This document shows, piece after piece, positions 51,227-64,000 of a DNA stretch of 64,000 nucleotides (position 1 is the stretch's first letter; every line of letters begins with the position of its first letter). The stretch comes from Oculina patagonica. Its lineage: Eukaryota. The position numbers and the translations under genes were made by a program. The stretch is from positions 3,534,001 through 3,598,000 of the forward strand of contig NC_135771.1 of assembly GCF_052425735.1 (NCBI RefSeq), in the 5' to 3' direction. The notes below the pieces were generated by a model. The model was not told where the DNA came from and ran no database searches. It saw only the letters and a list, made by a program, of their open reading frames with translations.

Positions 51227-53816
51227 TCACTTCGTGAGCGCTCGTTGCATAATACTGAAGTAGGAATCTCAGGCAACATATGCTAGCCAGAGCTAATCCA
51301 CGTTTACTTAAAACGTTGTGTTGTTGTTTACTTCTTGTACTTTGTGGACTGCGTATGTGAGGAGAAATGGACAGCATATGTGAGATTTAATAGCTATTTT
51401 TGATACTTTGGGATCAATTTTAAGCCTGTAATTAATGTAAATATACGTTTGTACACAGAATCAGTAAAAATATAACCGCGTCTTTAGGGCGCTTTTATAT
51501 TTTCTTCAGAGCGGCTAAATGCTTCACTAACGACCAAAGATACAGTGAGTATGGAAGTCAGGATCACAAAAGTTTGGGGTTCCAGGGCTGCGAGACTCCA
51601 GCCCCCCCCCCCCCCCCACCCCCCCCCCCCTTTTTAGGACTCTCCATGTGACTTTGAATCCTTGGTGCATACCAGGTATATCCCCTATATCCCATCCAGG
51701 ACAGGTGATAAGTCACACCACATGGAAAAAACTTTGCATACTACTGTAATTGCGATCTTTGCAGAGTTACACCTTTATCCCGATCTTTTCGATTTCCAGT
51801 ACCCTGGGTGCCAGAGGGTTTTTTTTTTCTTTTTTGCAGGAAAAAAAGCTATCATGGCTATTTTGATAATTTTCGCCCCCCACGATCGCAGTTTCGCCGC
51901 GCGCAAACAGCGTCTTTCTTGCAAAAAAGAAAAATTCCCTCTGGCACCCAGGGGAGATTTCCAGCCGCTTTTCGTGAAAATGACTGAGCTCACTGAAGAC
52001 CGAGCTTGCGCAGGGACTCGCGATTGAGAGAGGCGGAAATCGATCCTACTTCTTTTCGTCGGAGTGAGTAAAACCTCTTGGTGGATTTTGTCGTCTAGGA
52101 ACCTTTTTACGACAGCAAAATGAACGATAACACTAAAATTGTCGGCTAGACACCTCAGCAGACATGTGAAGAGAAAAAAAGAAATTGTCACCAAGTTCTC
52201 CTAGCTAACTTTATCGGAAATATATCGCAAACAGAAAGGAGAATCTACATTTTGATCCTGGGACTGTAGACTCTCAACAGGCGTTCTGTGCATGTCCTTG
52301 CCTGTGATTTTACTGAAATCGGATACAGGAAATAACATGACCCCTAAAGCGCAATCGGAGACTCTCGTTACAAGAAACCTGGCAAAGAAAGGCATTGTTA
52401 GTGTACGCCGAGGACAGAGCAGAAATCAAGCTCGGGCGACGCTATAAACCGTAAGTACAACATTGATACAATATTTAAAGGAGATAGCGCAACTCTAGAT
52501 AGATCATATTTTAGTCAGGGTTTTCCCAATACCATAGATTGATCGAAAGTAAGCGAGAATAATCTACTAACAATTTCCTCGAGGCAACATGCATTTACAA
52601 GGATCCCCGTCGTTCGATCAAGTCTTTTCACTCGTTTTCTCTCTTACACAAGAAAGCGTCGGTACAAACCAGCTTTAGGCATTGTAATTAAGCTAAATTT
52701 TGGCTAGTTTAATGCAGGCCTATCCGTAGAGCTCATTAGCAAATCGAATGACCGGCCGCCGAAACTCCAGCTTGACTCTAGTCGTGCCAGGGACGAACGG
52801 AAAGATCACCTTTCTTGTACCTCCGGATTACAAGATTTTCCTAAAAATATCTTGTCAATTGTGTAGATAGTAGTAAAAATATACTGTTTTAACCTCTCGA
52901 TAAGGTAGTGCCAAAGGGATAGCCTTTTCCTCCCACCGTTCGTAATTTGATGTGCTTTGGCGCATAACACATTTTGTAAAAGAAGATTTATTGTGATCAG
53001 TTAACTTTATTATAGTTTTGATTTGGGAACGGGGACTAAATACGCATAAGGGTTTTCTGAAGCCATCAGCAATATCCCATTCCAAAACCCATTTGGTGTA
53101 TACATTCACTACCTTCAACGATGGTTATCTTTATTGAATGCGGATGACTAGAGAAGGGAATTTAATGATGGCAATGTTCCAAAGTAGAGGCACATGATCA
53201 CAAAGTGATGAAATCTGCTCAAACCAAGACCAAGCAAAATTCTGCTCTGACGGAGTTGGAAGGAACAAAGTCCAAGTGTTGGATCCTAAATACGAGCTAA
53301 AATTTCATTTGTCAAGATTGCCCTTATTCCTTATTCGAGCGCGCAACTAGCAAAATGTTTTTCTCAACCATTTTCTTCTAGCTCCTTTACAGCCGTCACA
53401 AAATGTACGGGTGAAAGGTTACGTGACGTTTCAGAGTAAATGCTGCGTGGCAAATGAATGTATTCTGCAACTTCCGGATCGCGTTTACCAACTCGGTAAG
53501 AGCAAATAGCGGCGAATTAGACAATTAATGACTTATTGTTACTTATTTTCACGGTCACTTAATTTCGCGAAGATGGAACGGGCATATTTCGCAGGACTTA
53601 ATTTTCGCGATTTGGCCAAAAAATACGTAATTAACATAAAAAATACAATAGAAAACTTTTGAAATAAATTTTCGCGGGTTTTAGATTTTGCGATTTTTCG
53701 AAAATCGCGAAAATTAAGTCCCGCGAAAATAAGTAACAATAAGGTACAAAGCGATTTTATGCAACAAAAACATCGTTTTAACATCCACATTGTTTTAATA
53801 CCGCAGGAATTTCAGT

Positions 53817-56800
53817 ATGGCGACGGGAATATTGAAATTTCTCGTCGTCGCACTTCTTGCTGTGACGCTGTCGAGTTCGACTTCCACCTGACAGTGACAA
53901 TGACAACTGCCAGACCTGGGTCCAGTCCCCAACGACCGGGCAGATGGGTCCGTGGTAGTCCTGGGGATGATAAACTCCGAATGACAACACAACATCTGAT
54001 GACAGGCCGACTGTCGCGTCCAGGCCACTGAGAAAATGGCTCAGATGCGACAAGTCGCCAGTGACAGGTACAAATATTTTCTTTGCTTGTTTATTAAGTT
54101 ACTGTCTTTCGCACCCACCATTTCGGTCGAATGAGGGCTCTTGTTGGTAGAAGCACGCTTAATAATGCGTGCCATCGCGCATTGTATTCTCACAGTTATC
54201 ACATCTGTTACTTAGCCTAAAGCCGGTAAAGCTGCTTGGTTATTTTTTTAGAAACTTATAAAAGCGAAAGAATCTCACCAAAATGTTTGGAATGAAAACG
54301 ACTTTTTAAATTAACTCAGGGAGTATTTTCTTGAAGAATGAATTTCAAGTTCCAACATGTATTTGAAAAATTGCCGAGGAAGCCAAACCAAACTTGGAAC
54401 AAGAGCTTCATATAATTTTTAGGTTTTCTCATATTGTATTATCACCATCGTTGCTCATCCTCAGTTCCTGACGTGTTTCTGTCATTTGCCCCCGGGGGGG
54501 GGGGGGTACTCCCATAAATTTCGGATAGGGGTGTGCCGCCAAGGTTCTTTAACCCTGACCCTATTTAAGGATAAAGAAAGCGAAAATTGATACCCTTTTA
54601 AAGGCCCAAAACCGAAAAATGACACCCTATTCAAGGGGAGGAGAAGCGTTCCATGACGACCCAAATAACGGCTAACCGCGCACGGCAACATACAAATCTC
54701 TATAAAATCGCTTTACTAATACAGTAGAACCCCGGTAACTCGAACTCGGATAACTTGAACAACCCCGCTAACTCGAACATACTTCCATTTCCCTTGGATT
54801 TGAACTCACTTTTAAGTCATTTTTACTCGGTTAACTCGAACTCGGATAACTCGAAAACCCCGCTAACTCGAACTAAATTTCATTTCCCTTGATCAAAATT
54901 TGGGTCAAATTTACCCCGATAACTCGAATTCCGGTTCTTGCAACTCGCCACGGTTGCCCATTTATTAGAGCAACAAAACAGATCACCTATTTGACAGCCT
55001 TTTTCCACTCTTATCCTAAAAATTTATGATCGTATTAGAGTTTCTGACGAGATAAGTTTAATTTGCACTGTGCTGTATACTGAGGTGCTGGAAAATCAGT
55101 AAGCTATCAATTATTAACTTGGCAAATTAAATATTCAATCTACCCCGATAACTCGAAACTCCGCTAACTCGAACGGTTTTTCGTTTCCCTTCAGAGTTCG
55201 AGTTACCGGGGTTCTACTGTAACTGAACAGTAAATTCAGTTTTAAAATACCTTTTTTTGGTTTAGCTGGGCGTTTATTTTAACTTATAGAATTTAGGTAC
55301 CCTATCTAAGGATCACACCGGGAACTCATTGCCAAAAGGAGCAAAAATGATACCCTATTTAAGGACCGAGAACCTCAAAAACCATACCCTATCGGGCGGC
55401 ACATACCTATATAGGCCACATATGGGAGTACCCCCCCGGGCATTTGCCAAACACATTTTTTGTAAAACTTGGACATTATTAGGTCTCCTAGAGGCCTGCT
55501 TCTTGTTCGAGATCCGATAAAAGGTGATAGAGGGTTCAATTTCTCTTGTATTACGTTTTGTGGAGTTTGAGATTGGTCCAAATCAAAGCTGGAGAACAGA
55601 AAACACCGAAAAACTGAAACATCATAAAACTGAGCAACAACCACTAAAAAGACATCAGCAGCTGGGTCGGTTTGTTCAAAGCACAATTAAGCAAAGCCAG
55701 GTTTAGAATCAATTTTGATTTCACCTTTTTAACTTTTCAGTGATGATTTCTGTTTATATCTTCAGTCCTCCAGTTTAAACGTCAACTAGTCTCAAACTCC
55801 ACAGAACATAAGCAGTGAATAAGGAAAACACTTTTATACAAGAGAAATTGAACCCTCGATCAACTTTTAACCCAGGGTTAGTGCTAATCGGCTTTCGGAC
55901 AACCCGGCCTGTAATCAAAATTTACGCTTATCCTGGATTAACTTAATCGTGCTTCGAACAACCCGGCCCCGATGTTATTTTTTGTGGTCTCTCTCGCATT
56001 TTAGTGTATTAATCCCTGGGAAACTGAGCTTGTCATTGCTGATAATGTTCTAACATGTTTGCATCGTTTCTTTTCACAGCAACATGCCCGACATTGTCTT
56101 CATGACAGTAGTTGGCCAGGGTGTTTTCACGCAGCCATGGAATCAAACTGATGACATGTTTGAGGAGCCTCAGCCAGGTCTGTTGTCTAAAATCTTAGGG
56201 GATAAGACAAGTGGAATGTTTGTTTATAATCGCTGTGGAAGCCTTGCAGGAGAACTTCAGTTGTTCCCGTTGGTGCCGTTAGATCCTTCGGAAGTGACAA
56301 ATGAATGGTAAGTCTGTTTATTAGTTTTTCCGGCTATGTCTAGCAACGGAAAATTCTGCTCTGTTGTCACGGAGATTTCGCAGATTTTTGGCCTAAACCG
56401 CCCTGAAATTAGTGAAAGGCACCTAACCCATAAATCACAATATCTTTGAACATCTGAAGGAAGATATAACCTTAATTTGCGGGTAGAAATCAAGCTACGG
56501 CTATAGATATTGTTTTTTTTAAAGACGTGTGGAAACAATTTGAAAACGTTTGCCGAACGTTTTCATATTGCAATCCGTTTCCATCCGCGCCATCCGCAGC
56601 CAAAGATGCCCGTTAACAGTTTTAGTGCTCTAATATAGCCATTTTTAATAAAAATGGACTATTATTCTAGATTTCATGCGAAACAAACATAAATTTTGGA
56701 TGTTCAAAAATCTGGTAAAATTCGTGACATAGTCCCTTTAAGCAACATATAAAACCAAAATGGCGACATATACCTATAATTGACATTGGCTTGGACCTCC

Positions 56801-57135
56801 ATGAAAGTTGCAATAATAGTTTTGTGTTCTATTAGTTTTAGTTATTCTAGATTTGTCATTGGCCATTTGCTCTTTGTGTTGGTTATTCGTGTAGGTCTGT
56901 TTGTATTCGCTTTCTCAAGTAAGTCTCAGAAGTGTCTCGATTCTTCAAGCGATAATTCGTAACCCAAACATCTCTACACTGGCTGCTCTGGAATCTCTAA
57001 AACTTAATTTTCTTTGTGTTTCTCAACAGGAACATCATCAGAAAAGCCTACAATAAGTGCCCGCAATGCAACAAACCAGCGCCAACCACTCCAACACCTC
57101 AACCTGAAGACGAGACAACTACCAGTCCACAGTAG
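53817..57135 (+). CDS. Divergent selenoprotein P-family paralogue with six in-frame TGA codons (putative Sec), 3 coding exons, 194 aa
   Basis: Exons 53817-54067, 56080-56307, 57030-57135, with the same phases as SelP-1 and an identical 228-nt middle exon. Translation: MATGILKFLVVALLAVTLSSSTSTUQUQUQLPDLGPVPNDRADGSVVVLGMINSEUQHNIUUQADCRVQATEKMAQMRQVASDS NMPDIVFMTVV...LGDKTSGMFVYNRCG...EW NIIRKAYNKCPQCNKPAPTTPTPQPEDETTTSPQ*. TGA at 53889, 53895, 53901, 53982, 53997, 54000. Two SECIS-like elements downstream. Confidence 0.85.
54491..55440. mobile_element. CCCGGG-terminal MITE with 8-bp TSD, SelP-2 intron 1
   Basis: TSD CATTTGCC at 54483-54490 and 55441-55448; same terminal design as 16631-17055. 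Confidence 0.88.
54722..55219. mobile_element. Tc1/mariner-type MITE nested in 54491-55440
   Basis: TA|CAGTAGAACCCCGGTAACTCGAAC...GTTCGAGTTACCGGGGTTCTACTG|TA; many TAACTCGAA subrepeats. Confidence 0.9.
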
Positions 57136-57320
57136 TTCAAAATGCGAAGGAATAAATTTATAGGTTTTGTAGAGTTACATTAATTATGCTAATGATTAAT
57201 TAATCGTATTTTGTTACTGTCATCTCAATTGTAACCGATTCGAAACTTGTGAACACGTCCGTCTTAGAACATAGGAAAAATGTCAAAGGCAACCTGATTT
57301 TCGTGTTAACAAACTTGTTC

Positions 57321-57564
57321 TAGAGCGACTTTCAATTGGCTTTCGTAAATTCAAAACCAGGCTCAACACAACAAACACAAATAACGCTATGAACCAATCA
57401 GAATTCTGAAAAAAATTCATGCAACACGTGCCAAGCGCGGGAAATCGCGCGGGTTGCCAAATGACGATTGGTTTCGTTCCCACTCTTGATTGGTTAACAG
57501 AAATAAAGTCTTTCTCTGATTGGTTAAAGCACTTTTTGTAGATAGTCAATTGAAAACCGTTCTA
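57321..57564. mobile_element. Dispersed palindromic MITE family member in the SelP-2 3' UTR
   Basis: TAGAGCGACTTTCAATTG...CAATTGAAAACCGTTCTA with CCAATCA/TGATTGG motifs; relatives at ~14250-14555 and ~63155-63514. Confidence 0.75.
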
Positions 57565-57732
57565 CTACGGATAGAAACAAATACTCAAGCGAGATTTTTT
57601 ATTCAAATCAAGTAGTTTCTTTCTTTATATTTGACATTATTATATACGCGGAATCGTATTGCCTTTTTAAACGCGTCACGGGTGCGAATATCAGGAGAGA
57701 GAGGGAAAGTCTAAGTTCCAGCACTAGAAACA

Positions 57733-57796
57733 TGATGACTTATGAAGAACAAGCGGCAAAAAGTTTTAACTGTTTGTTTTGATGGTACGGTCATTA
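57733..57796 (+). promoter_or_regulatory. SECIS element 1 of SelP-2
   Basis: Helix I TGATGACT / GGTCATTA; ATGAA (57742) / TGAT (57780) quartet; helix II GAACAAGCGG / CTGTTTGTTT (10 bp); apical AAA at 57758. Confidence 0.85.
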
Positions 57797-57844
57797 ATTT
57801 TCTGCTGAGAGCTAAGAAACAGAACATTTCATTGTGAGTTCTCT

Positions 57845-57912
57845 GACTGGTTTGTATGACGAGCTTACAGTAAAGGTAATTAATTGTAAGTTTTTGAATT
57901 TTTTTACCAGTC
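57845..57912 (+). promoter_or_regulatory. SECIS element 2 of SelP-2
   Basis: Helix I GACTGGT / ACCAGTC (perfect); ATGAC (57856) / TGAA (57895) quartet; helix II GAGCTTACAGT / ATTGTAAGTTT (11 bp plus one extra T); apical AAA at 57872. Confidence 0.85.
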
Positions 57913-58898
57913 TACTCGCACATGAAAGGAGTGAGATTTCAGAACGAATTTTGTGCCCTGGTGTTACGTTGTAAAAGAGGTAATAAAATCGATTCTTATA
58001 AAATACTGAACATTCCTGTATTTGATAGTGTTGTACGAAAAACCCCTTTTCGGCTCTCAGGGGCGTCTATCGATTGGATTCTAGGGTACGTCTGCTTTTG
58101 CAGGCTACTATGAAAGTTGTTAGAAAGAAAATAATAATAAACAGTTACTGAACTATAACATTTCAGTATAGGCATGGAGGATGGAAAAATATCGATAGTT
58201 TTGTTTCATACTTTTCGACATTGGTGGATTAAAAAACCCGCGCGTGCGCGCCGCTCGTGCGATGGCTGTTGATTGACAGACGGCGCCCTTATATCCAATC
58301 AGATTGTGAATAGACTAGTGCCAATAAAATACCCAGTGACCCAAAAGTTAGAAGGCCTGGAAGAATTATACACGCCCGGACTAACTTTAAGTTACTAAGT
58401 CTAGCGATGTGCGCTTTAATTTTAAACACAACAACAGCAGTAAGGTGGACTGCTCTACATAAAATCATTTCAAAGAAACTTAAAAAGGTCTTGCGCAATA
58501 AAAATATTAGTCATGTACTGGGACGCGTTTTCATTGACAAGTAATTAACATGAACAAATTAATTTAAGACAACAGACAAAATCAGTATTTGCCATCGAAA
58601 ATACTACTTTGGTAAACTGTACTTTCGTCCTTTTTGTGTCCAAAGACGTTTAACAGTGGATTTCGGTACATGGTCGTAACGTTGATATGATTGGCTGATT
58701 TATGTAATGGGCCCACTCACAAGCCTCTTGAAAAGAAAAAGTTGCGTTGTCTGAACAGTGAATTTCTCTACACAACATCGATTAACTAAGTGATCACCAA
58801 AATTGAATGGTCTAAATGCTCAAACAAATTCTCTCAACTGGCTTTATAGGAAATGTTTTGAGGCCAGTTAGGAGAATTTCTTCTTTGCCTGTGGAGCA

Positions 58899-59384
58899 TC
58901 AACAGTCGCAAATTCCACCAATACGACCACAACATCGGTGCGGTTCTTTCAAACCACGACACAGACACTTGTCAGTTCGGACATGTTTGACACAAAATCC
59001 TCGACATCTGCGATCTCCTTTGGCAGGGTGATGAACCCAAGACGAAACCAGGTTTATGACGAAGTCCACTTTCTCTTCAAAGCAGGACAGTTTTTGTTCC
59101 AAATTGGAGAAGTATTCTCGAACTTCTCCCCTCATCTCTCGTAGCTTGGTGTCGAGATCTTTGATTTCTTGTTCTTGTCTGTCTAAAGCGTCATGCAGCT
59201 CCCGGATGTAGTCGTCGCGGCGGTCACGTGGTTGGCCTCTCGGCAAAGCGTGGTCACGGAAAAGCGCCGATTCTAGTGAACCATCGCGACTTCTTCGTGG
59301 TCGATCGATATCTTCTCGTACTATAGCTTCGTTACTTGGATAAAAAATCTCTTCATCGGAATCTTCGAATTCGTCGTTGTACAT
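58899..59384 (-). CDS. Uncharacterised intronless 161-aa protein: acidic N-terminus, coiled coil, Cys/His-rich C-terminus
   Basis: ATG with an upstream in-frame stop; GC-richer than its flanks; heptad region IRELHDALDRQEQEIKDLDTKLREMRGEV..LEQKL; eight Cys in the last 35 aa. Confidence 0.7.
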   Translation of the reverse strand: MYNDEFEDSDEEIFYPSNEAIVREDIDRPRRSRDGSLESALFRDHALPRGQPRDRRDDYIRELHDALDRQEQEIKDLDTKLREMRGEVREYFSNLEQKLSCFEEKVDFVINLVSSWVHHPAKGDRRCRGFCVKHVRTDKCLCRGLKEPHRCCGRIGGICDC

Positions 59385-59772
59385 TGCAAACGTCGATGTT
59401 TATCCGGAACTCACTCGCCTTCGTTCACTCACAAGATTTACGAAAAAAAAACTCGAATGCAACCGAAAACTATCAAATAAAAGATCGTAATACACGTTCT
59501 ATGGGCTCTTGGAAACTTAGTTCGAGAAGATAATTATGACGAAATTCGTTTATTCATTAATTTCGAATTTATGAACAAATAGCAATGGCGTCATAAAGGC
59601 TTCAATACTACCGTCATGATCGATTGAGCCAATGATTTCGCTCTTCGCAATCGTTTCACAAATGCAAGTAAAAAAAATCACTATTTACTATGTAATTACA
59701 ATGGATTTTCCCGTCATTAATTAGAAAGCGCGCTCGCTCGCGCGCTTGATGTGTTCACGCTAAAACGCACTA

Positions 59773-60313
59773 CAGTCAACTCTCGCCTTGCGGACACCCC
59801 GCTATTACGGACATAATTCAGATCCCCGGCGAAAGTTATAGAGGTTTGACTGGAAATGACTCCCGCTATTACGGAATTACGGACACTTTCGTGGTACCAA
59901 AAGAACAATTTTATTGTTTTGACTCTCGATAAAGCGGACACCATGAACTTCTCACATAACATTATTACGGAAAATTGCAGTGTGTTGAATACTAGAAGTC
60001 TTCTGCAATAATTATTTTTGCATCAATTGCTTTAGTAGCTGTACACCAGACTTTGCTTTTTTACTTCAGCTTGCGCCCTTTTCTTCCAGACGACTCCTTT
60101 GGAGAAATCAAACCCTCAAACCCTCGACCATTGTCATTCTCCATACCTAACGACTACTGAGTTGTTTCACGACTGTTGATAAGCTCGTCATAGCCCATAC
60201 TATTGAACCTTTGTTAACGCCATTTTTTTCCTCACACCCCGCTATTACGGACTCTCGCTATTACGGACACTAAACGAAGTCCCGAGCGTGTCCGCTATAA
60301 CGAGAGTTGACTG
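59773..60313. mobile_element. Tc1/mariner-type MITE
   Basis: TA|CAGTCAACTCTCG...CGAGAGTTGACTG|TA; internal CGCTATTACGGA repeats. Confidence 0.88.
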
Positions 60314-60679
60314 TAATACGCTATGGGGCCTGGTGTAAAATGGGATTGCGCATATCAAAGTGATGCGCCCGCGATTTATTTTCTTAACAGTGTAACTATG
60401 AGGAAACAATTACTAAATCACATCTGTGGTTGGTCAGTGGTCTCGTTTTGAAACCATTTATTGCAGTCGAGGTTTAAGGCAATTTTCTCTGCCCAGCCTC
60501 CCTCCCTCCCTATTATATTGTTTTCCATTCCACAGAATAAAGGTGCAACATAAGCCTGTGGAGGGGAGGGGTCAGAGAGCTTAGTCATGCGACTCAGAGG
60601 AGAAATGTGGGTGGGCTCATTTCCAACTTCATCGACAAATCCAGTTGTCAATAAACTCATTACAATTATTACAGCAAAA

Positions 60680-63978
<3,299 letters not shown>

Positions 63979-64000
63979 CTAAAAACAATGAAACGCGCTA

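Noticed and set aside
14835-54002. Alternative genetic code (UGA = Trp or Cys)
   Set aside because: UROD (14835) and CLCC1 (18697) terminate on TGA, and Trp is encoded by TGG throughout; in-frame TGA is confined to genes with SECIS elements.
53759-54053. Track ORFs 53759-54031 (+), 53778-54053 (-) and 53795-54028 (-)
   Set aside because: Alternative frames overlapping the TGA-containing frame; no signal peptide or SelP similarity.
53817-54067. Reading SelP-2 exon 1 as a pseudogene with nonsense mutations
   Set aside because: All six stops are TGA, two align with Cys/Sec of the paralogue, frame and splice sites are intact, exons 2-3 are clean, and two SECIS-like elements follow. Not formally excluded without expression data.

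Overview
Eukaryotic, intron-rich, AT-rich animal DNA. The opsin type and the SINE/MITE families are most consistent with an anthozoan cnidarian such as a stony coral (inference). Layout: two abutting satellite arrays (1-3.2 kb); head-to-head ATP5F1D (-, 4 exons) and UROD (+, 11 exons); CLCC1-like (-, 3 exons); an intronless putative ParB/Srx-like + C2H2 gene (+); a single-Sec selenoprotein P-family gene with one SECIS (+, 28.6-31.4 kb); an ~18 kb TE-rich spacer; an opsin with an intronless CDS (+); a second, divergent SelP-family gene (+, 53.8-57.9 kb); an orphan coiled-coil/Cys-rich ORF (-); and the 3' exons of KRI1 (-). The headline finding is the second SelP paralogue, which the ORF track misses. 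Its first coding exon has six in-frame TGA codons (U-Q-U-Q-U-Q right after the signal peptide, and U-x4-UU-x3-C replacing UxxC), it has no Sec-rich C-terminal tail, and its 3' UTR holds two tandem SECIS-like hairpins. All exon boundaries, alignments and hairpins were read by eye, not computed.
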